From the NCBI GenBank assembly GCA_963727525.1, contig CAVSGO010000007.1, positions 736,001 through 800,000 of the forward strand: a stretch of DNA of 64,000 bases. The letters run 5' to 3'. Under the pieces are notes generated by a model. It did no database searches. It saw nothing but the letters and a program-made list of their open reading frames with translations, and was not told where the DNA came from. Of the stretch, positions 20,403 to 32,075 are shown one piece after another (the stretch's first letter is position 1; each line of letters opens with the position of its first letter). Position numbers and translations under genes: made by a program. This stretch comes from an uncultured bacterium. GTDB taxonomy: Bacteria > Krumholzibacteriota > Krumholzibacteriia > LZORAL124-64-63.

Positions 20403-21122
20403 TCACGCCTCGGCGGTCAGGGCCTGGCGCGCGTCCAGCAGCCGTTCCAGACGGCGGCGGGCCGCCAGGTCCTGGTCGTCGCTCTGCACCGCCGCCTCGG
20501 CGACGGGGATCGCGGCTGCCAGGGCCGACTGGACGCGCTGGTCGAGCAGAACGAGCCGATGGCCACGAACGGCCGCATCCTCGAAATGCTCCAGGTAGCC
20601 CTCGCACAGGCCGATGGCCACGTCGATCCGCCCGGCATGGACCTCGATGTCGCAGAGGTTCATCACGGCGTTGGGGTAGTTCGCCTGCAGTGCCAGAGCG
20701 TGTGTGACGGACTCGCGGGCGGCGTCGAGGTTGCCGGCGAGGTAGTGCGCCACGCCCAGGTTGTTGAGGACCTCGGGATCGTCGGGCGTGAGGGCGAGGA
20801 CGGTGATGAATTCGGAGATGGCGGCGTCGGCCTGGCCCAGATGGACCCGGGCGATGCCGAGGTTGAAGCGGACATTCGGGTTCTCGGGCAGCATGTCCGC
20901 CACGCGTGCGAACGAGGTGGCGGCCTGCGCGAAGTTGCCGACCGCGGCGTGGAAGGCGCCGAGGTTGTTGTGCCCCTCGGGGCTCTCCGGGAACTGGACG
21001 GTGACCTGCTCGAAGCAGTCCAGCGCGCTCTCGAGATCGCCGGCGGCGATCGCGTCCTGGCCGGACTTGACCAGAGCGATCATCTCCGAGGGCGGCGCGA
21101 AAGTGGATGTCTGTGGGCTCAT
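20403..21122 (-). CDS. Tetratricopeptide repeat protein
   Basis: Repeated PEGHNNLG / PNVRFNLG / PEVLNNLG / PNAVMNL TPR units. Start uncertain. Confidence 0.85.
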   Translation of the reverse strand: MSPQTSTFAPPSEMIALVKSGQDAIAAGDLESALDCFEQVTVQFPESPEGHNNLGAFHAAVGNFAQAATSFARVADMLPENPNVRFNLGIARVHLGQADAAISEFITVLALTPDDPEVLNNLGVAHYLAGNLDAARESVTHALALQANYPNAVMNLCDIEVHAGRIDVAIGLCEGYLEHFEDAAVRGHRLVLLDQRVQSALAAAIPVAEAAVQSDDQDLAARRRLERLLDARQALTAEA

Positions 21123-21182
21123 GCGCATGCCTCGCTGGCAAGAGTGATCACCGCCCCGGGATGGGTAGGTGCCGACACCGTG

Positions 21183-21200
21183 TTGCAACCGGTATGCCGA
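21183..21200 (-). promoter_or_regulatory. Putative sigma54 (-24/-12) promoter for the TPR gene
   Basis: Minus strand reads TCGGCATACCGGTTGCAA: GG-N10-GC with TTGCA, ~60 nt upstream of the start. Confidence 0.55.
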
Positions 21201-21338
21201 TCATCGAAACGGTGGTCGCGACATCGGGTTACGGGGCGCGAGGGTGCCGTGGCCCCCGGTTGGGGCGCCGTGGCGGCGACCAGAGCTGGCCACCGGCGGT
21301 CGGTTCCTGGCCAGAGATCCGAGGAACACGATATTTTC

Positions 21339-21367
21339 TTGGACTTAGCCAGGAACACCCTTAGTCT
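21339..21367 (+). promoter_or_regulatory. Putative sigma70 promoter of the nuo operon
   Basis: TTGGAC-17 nt-TAGTCT in an AT-richer patch ~40 nt before nuoA. Confidence 0.5.
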
Positions 21368-21409
21368 TTGCTCCCGTGATCTGCGACGACTGGTCGAGAG
21401 GAGAGCGTC

Positions 21410-21781
21410 ATGGCCGTTTCCGCCACGCAGGTGCTGCTGGTGCTGGCCGTTGCCGGCGGTTTCGCGTCCCTGTTTCTCGGGCTCAGCTACCTGCTGGGAC
21501 CCCGTCGGCCCGACGCTCTGAAGGCGTCGCCGTACGAGTGCGGCATCCCTCCGCGCAGCACCGTCCAGATCCGGTTCTTCATCCGCTTCTTCCTGGTGGC
21601 GCTCTTTTTCCTGCTTTTCGACCTGGAAGCGGTGTTCCTCTATCCCTGGGTGATCCTCTACCGCTCCTTCGTGGCCCACGGACAGGCCGCGTTCGCGCTC
21701 GGCGAGCTGGGTGTCTTCGCCACCATCTTGCTGGTGGGGCTCGTCTACGTCTGGCGCAAGGGAGGTCTGGAATGGCAGTAG
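21410..21781 (+). CDS. nuoA: NADH-quinone oxidoreductase subunit A
   Basis: PYECG, FLLFDLEAVFLYPW, WRKGGLEW. Confidence 0.95.
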   Translation: MAVSATQVLLVLAVAGGFASLFLGLSYLLGPRRPDALKASPYECGIPPRSTVQIRFFIRFFLVALFFLLFDLEAVFLYPWVILYRSFVAHGQAAFALGELGVFATILLVGLVYVWRKGGLEWQ

Positions 21782-22284
21782 ATCTCGCGCATCCCCAGAA
21801 TTTCCTGACGACACGGTTGCGTCAGGCCGTCAACTGGGGCCGCAAGTACTCGCTCTGGCCGATCCCGTACGGGACGGCGTGCTGCGCCATCGAGTTCATG
21901 AGCGCGGCGGCATCGTACTGCGACATCAGCCGTTACGGCGCCGAGCTGGTGCGGTTCTCGCCGCGCCAGAGCGATATGATGATCGTGGCCGGCACCATCA
22001 GCTACAAGCAGGCGCCGATCCTCAAGACCATCTACGCCCAGATGTGCGAGCCGAAGTGGGTGATCGCCATGGGCGTGTGCGCGAGCAGCGGCGGGTTCTA
22101 CAACAACTATGGCACGCTGCAGGGCATCGATCTGGTGATCCCGACCGACATCTACGTGGCCGGTTGCCCGCCCACGCCGGAAAACCTCTTCAACGGTCTG
22201 CTCCAGCTCCAGAAGAAGATCGAGATCGAAGGTCTGGTCCCCTCGCACGAGCGGCACGGGGATCGCGCGCGCATCGCCGGATAG
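21772..22284 (+). CDS. nuoB: NADH-quinone oxidoreductase subunit B
   Basis: GTACCAIE, SPRQSD, MGVCASSGG, GCPPTPE. Confidence 0.96.
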   Translation: MAVDLAHPQNFLTTRLRQAVNWGRKYSLWPIPYGTACCAIEFMSAAASYCDISRYGAELVRFSPRQSDMMIVAGTISYKQAPILKTIYAQMCEPKWVIAMGVCASSGGFYNNYGTLQGIDLVIPTDIYVAGCPPTPENLFNGLLQLQKKIEIEGLVPSHERHGDRARIAG

Positions 22285-22308
22285 CCGAGACAACCCGGGA
22301 CGGGATTC

Positions 22309-24027
22309 ATGAGCCGTCAATTGGTGGAACGACTGCAGAAGGAATTCGGCGACGCCATCCTGCGCACCGACTCCCAGCATGGGGACGAGATGGTGTGGGT
22401 GGAGCCGTCGCGGGTGCTGGCCGTCCTGGAGCACCTGAAGCATCGCGAGTCGTGCGAGATGCTCGTCGACGTCATCGGCGTCGACTATCCCGACCGGACG
22501 CAGCGCTTCGAGGTGAACTACTCCGTGCGTTCGGTCACGAAGCCGCAGCGGCTGCGCGTGAAGGTGGACGTGGAGGAAGGCCAGGCCGTGCCCTCGGCGA
22601 CGGGCATCTGGCGCTCGGCCAACTGGCACGAGCGCGAGGTCTACGATCTGTTCGGCGTACACTTCAGCGGGCATCCCGACCTGCGCCGCATCCTCACGCA
22701 CCACCAGTTCGAGGGGCATGCGCTGCGCAAGGATTACCCCATCGATCTGGGGCAGGAGCTGACGGATCCGGAGAAGCTTTTCAGCGACCACGAGATCACC
22801 CAGGCCGCGCGCCGGGCGAGCCTGGCCCTCGCGCCCGACGGGAGCGGCGACGAGATCCACCCGTCGGATCTGCTGACTCTCAACCTGGGGCCGAGCCATC
22901 CGGCCACGCACGGCTGCCTGCGGATCGAGTGTCTGCTGGACGGCGAGACCATCGTGGGCGCGAAGAGCGAGATCGGCTACCTGCACCGCTGCTTCGAGAA
23001 GGAGGCGGAGGATCACACCTGGGCCCAGGTGATGCCGTACACCGACCGTCTCAACTACTGCTCGCCGATGCTGAACAACGTGCTCTATGCGCAGGCCGTG
23101 GAGAAGATGCTCGGCGTCGACATCACGCCGCGCTGCCGCGTGATCCGCGTCATCGTGAGCGAGCTGGCCCGGATCATCGACCATCTGGTTGCCATGGGCA
23201 CCAACCTCGTCGATATGGGCGCGTTGACGATCTACTGGTACACGTACAACGTGCGAGAATCGATCTACGAGGTCATCGAAAAGCTTTGCGGCAGCCGTCT
23301 GACCACGAACTACGCGCGCATCGGCGGCATGAGCCACGATCTGTATCCCGGTTTCGAGGACGAGGTGAGGGGCAAGCTGGTGGAACTGGCCAAGGGCCTC
23401 GACGACACCACCCGCCTCATCTCGCGCAACCGCATCTTCCTGGACCGCACCGTGGGCGTGGGCGTGATCAGCCGTGAGGATGCGCTGAGCTACGGGTTCA
23501 CGGGCCCGTGCCTGCGCGCTTGCGGGGTGCCGTTCGACGTGCGCAAGCTGCATCCGTACCTCGGTTACGAGGACTACGACTTCGACGTGCCGACGGGTGA
23601 CGCCGGCGACACGCATGCGCGCATCATGGTGCGCCTGGCGGAGATCGAGCAGAGCCGGCGCATCATCGAGCAGGCGTTGGCGAAGCTGCCGGGCGGCCCC
23701 GTGAACGTGGACGACCCTCGCGTGATCTTGCCGCCGAAGGAGAAGGTGTACGGCAGCATCGAGGGTGTGATGAACCAGTTCAAGCTCGTCTACGAGGGTA
23801 TCAAGGTGCCCGCGGGCGAGGCGTACGGGTTCGGCGAGGGCGCCAACGGCGAGCTGGGCTTCTACTGCGTGTCGGATGGCACGGGCCGTCCCTATCGCAT
23901 CAAGGTGCGGCCGCCGTGCTTCCCGATATTCGCGGCCTACACGCAGATGGTCACCGGCTCCATGGTGGCCGACGCCATCGCCACCCTGGGCAGCATCAAC
24001 ATCATCGCCGGCGAGCTGGATCGCTGA
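22309..24027 (+). CDS. nuoCD: NADH-quinone oxidoreductase fused subunit C/D
   Basis: WHEREVYDLFGVHFSGHPDLRRI (C); NLGPSHPATHG, GYLHR, DRLNY, GELDR (D). Confidence 0.95.
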   Translation: MSRQLVERLQKEFGDAILRTDSQHGDEMVWVEPSRVLAVLEHLKHRESCEMLVDVIGVDYPDRTQRFEVNYSVRSVTKPQRLRVKVDVEEGQAVPSATGIWRSANWHEREVYDLFGVHFSGHPDLRRILTHHQFEGHALRKDYPIDLGQELTDPEKLFSDHEITQAARRASLALAPDGSGDEIHPSDLLTLNLGPSHPATHGCLRIECLLDGETIVGAKSEIGYLHRCFEKEAEDHTWAQVMPYTDRLNYCSPMLNNVLYAQAVEKMLGVDITPRCRVIRVIVSELARIIDHLVAMGTNLVDMGALTIYWYTYNVRESIYEVIEKLCGSRLTTNYARIGGMSHDLYPGFEDEVRGKLVELAKGLDDTTRLISRNRIFLDRTVGVGVISREDALSYGFTGPCLRACGVPFDVRKLHPYLGYEDYDFDVPTGDAGDTHARIMVRLAEIEQSRRIIEQALAKLPGGPVNVDDPRVILPPKEKVYGSIEGVMNQFKLVYEGIKVPAGEAYGFGEGANGELGFYCVSDGTGRPYRIKVRPPCFPIFAAYTQMVTGSMVADAIATLGSINIIAGELDR

Positions 24028-24076
24028 GCCGGCACCACGCGACTGGGACCGAACGAGACCGAGGACGAACGGTAGC

Positions 24077-24607
24077 ATGGATAAGGCCGACACCTTCGCG
24101 CTGAGCGAGTCCGGAGCCGAGCAGGTGCGCGCGATCATCGCGCGTTATCCGACGAAGGCCAGCGCGCTCATGCCTTGCATCTGGGTGATCCAGGACGAGC
24201 ACGGGTACGTCTCCGAGAGCGGGGTCGACTTTCTCGTGGAGACGCTCGGCGTGACCCGCGCGCGCGTGATCGAGGTGCTCAGCTTCTACACGATGTTCCG
24301 CACCGAGCCGCAGGCGGAGTACGTCCTGCAGGTCTGCCACAACATCAGCTGTAACATCATGGGCGCCCGCAACATCATCGCGCACCTGGAGAAACGGCTA
24401 GGGATCCGCCTGGGCGAGCGCACGCCCGACGGCAAGTTCGCCATCGAGGGCGTGGAATGCCTCGGCGCCTGCGGGATGTCGCCCATGATGCAGATCGGCA
24501 AGCACTACTACGAGAATCTGACGCCGGAGAAGGTGGACGGCATCCTCGACAGCCTGCGCAAGGGCGTCATGCCGAAGGCCGACACCGACCGGACACTGGA
24601 GGCATAA
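24077..24607 (+). CDS. nuoE: NADH-quinone oxidoreductase subunit E
   Basis: SFYTMF, CHNISC, ECLGACGMSP (2Fe-2S ligands). Confidence 0.94.
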   Translation: MDKADTFALSESGAEQVRAIIARYPTKASALMPCIWVIQDEHGYVSESGVDFLVETLGVTRARVIEVLSFYTMFRTEPQAEYVLQVCHNISCNIMGARNIIAHLEKRLGIRLGERTPDGKFAIEGVECLGACGMSPMMQIGKHYYENLTPEKVDGILDSLRKGVMPKADTDRTLEA

Positions 24608-25891
<1,284 letters not shown>

Positions 25892-25933
25892 CGGACGCGA
25901 CGCGTGACGACACGACGATAGAGGATGCGACGC

Positions 25934-27499
25934 ATGGCGAAGTTGACCATCGACGGCCAGGAGATCGAGGTTCCCGACGGCACTCGTCTCTTCGACGCCT
26001 GCCGGCTCGCGCGAGGCGAGGACCTGCCGCACTTCTGCTACCACCCCGATCTGAGCATCGCGGGCGTGTGTCGCTTGTGCCAGGTGGAGATCGAGGGCAT
26101 GCCCAAGCTGACGATCGCTTGCAACACCACGGTGCGCGACGGCATGGTCGTGGCGACCCGCAGCAAACGGGTGGAGCAGGCGGTGAAGCAGGTGCTGGAG
26201 ATGCACCTGATCAACCATCCTGTCGACTGCCCGATCTGCGACCAGGCTGGCGAGTGCGGGCTCCAGGATCAGTACATGGAGTACGGCCTCTACGAGAGCG
26301 AGGTCGCGAAGTCGGACAAGGTGCACAAGCAGAAGGTGCAGGTGATCGGGCCGCACGTGATCCTCGACAAGGAACGCTGCGTGCTCTGCAGCCGGTGCGT
26401 GCGGTTCTGCGAGGAGGTCACGGGCACGGGTGAGCTGGGCATCTTCAACCGCGGCGATCGTGCCGAGATCGGTGTGGCCCCGGGCGTGGAGCTGAACAAC
26501 AACTACAGCCTCAACACCGTGGATATCTGCCCCGTGGGTGCGCTCACGAGCCGCGACTTCCGCTTCAAGAAGCGCGTTTGGCTGCTGCGCTCCACGCCGG
26601 GCGTGTGCCCGGGCTGCGCGACCGGCTGCAATGTGCGCATCGATCACGAGGGCGGCCGGGTCTATCGCCTCAAACCGCGGCGCAACGAGCAGGTGAACGG
26701 CCCCTGGATGTGCGATCAGGGACGCATGACCTACAAGGATCTGCATGCCGAGAGCCGTCTGGTGCGAGCCGCGCAGCGGGGGACGGAGCTGAGCTGGGTG
26801 GAGGCCCGCGAGGCGTTGTTCTCGCTGGTGAAGGCGGGCAGCGTGACCTGCGCCATCACCAGTGGCCGGCAGACGCTGGAGGAACTGGTGCTCTTCCGCC
26901 GCCTGGCGCGCGCCGTGACCGGCGAGAGCCAGACGGTGGGTGGCCTGATCGACGAGGCGCGCGGCGAGGCCGACGACATCCTGCTGTCCGCCGACCGGCT
27001 GCCGAACCGGCAGGCCCTCGCGTGGCTGGGGCTGGCCGAGACGACCATCGACGCGCTGGTCGATCTGGTGGGCGGCAAGGGCGTGGTCCTCGTGTACGGC
27101 GGCGATCCGGCGGCCGAGCCCGCCGTGGCTGACGCGTTGCGCCGGGCGCGGGTGGTCTATCTCGGCACCCACCGCGGCGCCACCGCGGATCTGGCGGAGC
27201 TCGTGATTCCGATGGCGATGTGGGCAGAGAAGGACGGGCTCACCGTGAATGCGAAGGGACGTGTGCAACGCAGCCAGCGCGCCATCCTGCCGCCTGGCGA
27301 TGGCCGCGAGGACTGGCGCGTGCTGACGGATCTACTCTCGCACCTGGGAGGCGACCCGGCGGTGCCTGGCTTGCCGGCGCTGCGTCGTCTCGTGGCGCGG
27401 GAACTGGGACTGGACGACGAGGACACCCTCAACAACCTGCCCGCCGAGGGTCTGGCGCTCGACGTGGCCGCGCCAGCCGCGGCCGGCGAGGAGAGCTGA
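25934..27499 (+). CDS. nuoG: NADH-quinone oxidoreductase subunit G (short form)
   Basis: PHFCYHP..CRLC, NHPVDCPICDQAGEC, CVLCSRCVRFC, CPVGAL, CPGCATGC. Confidence 0.92.
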   Translation: MAKLTIDGQEIEVPDGTRLFDACRLARGEDLPHFCYHPDLSIAGVCRLCQVEIEGMPKLTIACNTTVRDGMVVATRSKRVEQAVKQVLEMHLINHPVDCPICDQAGECGLQDQYMEYGLYESEVAKSDKVHKQKVQVIGPHVILDKERCVLCSRCVRFCEEVTGTGELGIFNRGDRAEIGVAPGVELNNNYSLNTVDICPVGALTSRDFRFKKRVWLLRSTPGVCPGCATGCNVRIDHEGGRVYRLKPRRNEQVNGPWMCDQGRMTYKDLHAESRLVRAAQRGTELSWVEAREALFSLVKAGSVTCAITSGRQTLEELVLFRRLARAVTGESQTVGGLIDEARGEADDILLSADRLPNRQALAWLGLAETTIDALVDLVGGKGVVLVYGGDPAAEPAVADALRRARVVYLGTHRGATADLAELVIPMAMWAEKDGLTVNAKGRVQRSQRAILPPGDGREDWRVLTDLLSHLGGDPAVPGLPALRRLVARELGLDDEDTLNNLPAEGLALDVAAPAAAGEES

Positions 27500-28776
27500 T
27501 GCTTGCGGTCATCCTCGAGACGCTGATCAAGATCATCTTCATGTTCGCTCTCATCATGGGCTTCGTGGTGGTGCTGATCTGGGCGGAGCGCAAGGGCTCG
27601 GCCTTCATGCAAGACCGTACCGGCCCCAATCGCGCCAGCGTGGCGGGGATCCGCCTGGCCGGACTCGTGCACCCGGTCGCCGACGTCTTCAAGCTGCTGT
27701 TCAAGGAAGACGTGGCGCCGGCGCAGCGCCACAAGGTGTTGTATGCGCTGGCGCCGGTGGTCGTCATGGTGGTGGCGGTGAGCACGTACGCGGTGATCCC
27801 GTTCGGCGACTACATCACCATCGCCGGTCGCCAGATCCCGCTGGTCGTGGCGAACCTCAACGTCGGCATGCTCTATGTGCTGGCGATCTCGAGCCTGGCG
27901 ACGTACGGCGTGGCGCTGGGCGGCTGGGCGAGCAACAGCAAGTACACGTTCCTCGGCTCGATGCGGGCGACCGCGTCGATGATCAGCTACGAGATCACGA
28001 TGGGCCTGGCGCTGATGGGGCTGTTCCTGGTGTTCGGAAGCCTGCGCCTGACGGACATCGCCGCAGGCCAGGGGCACCTCATCGGGGGCTGGTTGCCGAT
28101 GTGGGGCGTGGTGGTGCAGCCGCTGGGTTTCCTGCTCTTCATCACCTCGGTCTTCGCCGAGACGAATCGCACCCCCTTCGACCTCACCGAGCGCGACTCC
28201 GAGATCGTGGCCGGCTATCACACCGAGTACAGCTCGATGAAATTCGCCCTGTTCTTCATGGCGGAATACGCGCACATGGTCGTGGGCGCGGCCCTGATCT
28301 CGGCCCTGTATTTCGGCGGCTACCAGATCCCCTGGCTGCCTCGGGCGGTACTCGAGGCGCACGGGGGGGTTCTGCTCACGCTGGGGCTCCTGGTGACGGC
28401 GCTGGTGACGGCGCTCATCGCTCTGGCGTTCTTCCGCCGCGCCGGACGCGAGCGCGGCAAGTTCAAAGATGCCCGGGATCGCGAGCCCGGTTTCCTCGGC
28501 TCGGTCTTCCTGGTGGTGGCCGTGGCCTGCGTGGCGGCGCTGCTCTGGAAGCCGTGGACGCTGTCGGGCATCGGGCCCGGATTGTTCGCTACGCTGACTC
28601 AGACCGGGTTCTTCGTGGCCAAGGTGGCCTTCTTCGCCTGGCTGTTCATCTGGGTGCGCTGGACGGTGCCCAGTTTCCGCTACGACCAGCTCATGCGCCT
28701 GGGCTGGAAGATCATGCTACCGGCGGGCATCGCGAATCTCGCGATCACCGCCCTGGTCGTGGCGTTCACGGGGTAG
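27499..28776 (+). CDS. nuoH: NADH-quinone oxidoreductase subunit H (with internal insertion)
   Basis: ERK..AFMQDRTGPN, GWASNSKY, ISYE, AETNRTPFDL, FFMAEY, RYDQLMRLGWK. Confidence 0.95.
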   Translation: MLAVILETLIKIIFMFALIMGFVVVLIWAERKGSAFMQDRTGPNRASVAGIRLAGLVHPVADVFKLLFKEDVAPAQRHKVLYALAPVVVMVVAVSTYAVIPFGDYITIAGRQIPLVVANLNVGMLYVLAISSLATYGVALGGWASNSKYTFLGSMRATASMISYEITMGLALMGLFLVFGSLRLTDIAAGQGHLIGGWLPMWGVVVQPLGFLLFITSVFAETNRTPFDLTERDSEIVAGYHTEYSSMKFALFFMAEYAHMVVGAALISALYFGGYQIPWLPRAVLEAHGGVLLTLGLLVTALVTALIALAFFRRAGRERGKFKDARDREPGFLGSVFLVVAVACVAALLWKPWTLSGIGPGLFATLTQTGFFVAKVAFFAWLFIWVRWTVPSFRYDQLMRLGWKIMLPAGIANLAITALVVAFTG

Positions 28777-28784
28777 GAGCGAGC

Positions 28785-29291
28785 ATGAGCTACAATGGAG
28801 TTCCCACCGGCACCACGGCCCGCAAGCGGTCCCTGTGGGAGGACATCTACATCGTCGAGATCGTCAAGGGTCTCGTGGTGACGATCAAGCACCTCGTGCA
28901 CAATCTGTTGCACACCGACGAAATGCCGACGGTGCAGTACCCCGAGGAGAAGAAGGTGTACGGACCGCGGTTCCGCGGTCGCCATCGCCTCATGAAGCGC
29001 GAGGACGGGTCGCCGCGCTGCGTGGCCTGCATGATGTGCAGCACCGTGTGCCCGGCCGACTGCATCGCGATCGTGGCCGGCGAGCACCCCGATCCCACCA
29101 TCGAGAAGTTCCCGAAGAGCTTCGAGATCGATCTGTTGCGCTGCGTGTACTGCGGACTCTGCGAGGAAGCTTGCCCCTGCGACGCCATCCGCATGGACAC
29201 GGGTATCTACGAGATCGCGGCCGACGACCGCAAGAAATTCGTGGTCGACAAGGAGTTCTTGCTCAACAACGACAAGGACGGGACGCGCTGA
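28785..29291 (+). CDS. nuoI: NADH-quinone oxidoreductase subunit I
   Basis: TVQYPEE, CVACMMCSTVCP, CVYCGLCEEACP. Confidence 0.95.
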   Translation: MSYNGVPTGTTARKRSLWEDIYIVEIVKGLVVTIKHLVHNLLHTDEMPTVQYPEEKKVYGPRFRGRHRLMKREDGSPRCVACMMCSTVCPADCIAIVAGEHPDPTIEKFPKSFEIDLLRCVYCGLCEEACPCDAIRMDTGIYEIAADDRKKFVVDKEFLLNNDKDGTR

Positions 29292-29294
29292 ACC

Positions 29295-29810
29295 ATGGAA
29301 TCTTTCCTCTTCTACTTCTGCGGCGCGATGTTCCTGATCGGCGGGCTGGCCATGGTGACCAGCCGTAGCGCCGTGGCGGCCGCGTGCTGGCTGATATTTG
29401 CCTTCCTCGGCGCGTCCGGCCTGTTTGCATCGCTGTCGGCGCCGTTTCTGGCGGTGCTGCAGGTCCTGGTCTACGCCGGCGCGATCATGGTGCTCTTCCT
29501 CTTCGTCATCATGATGCTGCAGGGACCGGTGCTCGAGGGGGAAACGCCGCGGCTGAGGCCTTGGGTGCCCTTCGCGGCCGTGCTGCCGGCGGCGGCGATC
29601 CTGCTCACGGTAATCGTCTGGCTCAAGCGCGCGGCGTTCCCGGGTTTCGCGAACGAGGTGCCGGCCGGCTTCGGCTCGGTGGAGCAGGTCTCGCGCCTGC
29701 TGCTGGGCGACTACCTGCTGGCGTTCGAACTCATCTCGCTGGTGCTGCTCGTGGGCATTGTCGGGGCCCTGGCCCTGGGGCGAATCGAGAGGAGGCAGCC
29801 ATGGCGGTAG
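29295..29810 (+). CDS. nuoJ: NADH-quinone oxidoreductase subunit J
   Basis: QVLVYAGAIMVLFLFVIMML, FELISLVLL. Confidence 0.94.
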   Translation: MESFLFYFCGAMFLIGGLAMVTSRSAVAAACWLIFAFLGASGLFASLSAPFLAVLQVLVYAGAIMVLFLFVIMMLQGPVLEGETPRLRPWVPFAAVLPAAAILLTVIVWLKRAAFPGFANEVPAGFGSVEQVSRLLLGDYLLAFELISLVLLVGIVGALALGRIERRQPWR

Positions 29811-30106
29811 GCCTGAGCCATTACTTGATCCTGGCGGCGGCCGTCTTCGTGGTCGGGATGGTCGGTTTCGTCGTGCGGCGCAACGTCATCGTCATGCTCA
29901 TGTGCGTGGAACTGATGCTCAGCGCGGCCAACCTCGTATTCGCCGCCTTCAGCCGCGCGCTCGTCGACGCATCGGGGCACGTGTTCGTGATCATGAACTT
30001 CGCGGTGGCCGCGGCCGAAGCCGCGATCGGACTGGCGATCCTGGTGGAGATCTTCCGTCTGCGGCGGACGGTCGACGCGGACGAACTCACAACCCTGATG
30101 GAGTAG
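29801..30106 (+). CDS. nuoK: NADH-quinone oxidoreductase subunit K
   Basis: RRNVIVMLMCVELML, AAAEAAIGLA; ATG 29801 after GGAGG. Confidence 0.94.
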   Translation: MAVGLSHYLILAAAVFVVGMVGFVVRRNVIVMLMCVELMLSAANLVFAAFSRALVDASGHVFVIMNFAVAAAEAAIGLAILVEIFRLRRTVDADELTTLME

Positions 30107-30110
30107 GACT

Positions 30111-32063
<1,953 letters not shown>

Positions 32064-32075
32064 GAGGGCGCGAGC

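Noticed and set aside
19797-21122. NYN plus TPR as a defence or toxin-antitoxin pair
   Set aside because: Genes are convergent with separate upstream regions and no defence-island or mobility context.
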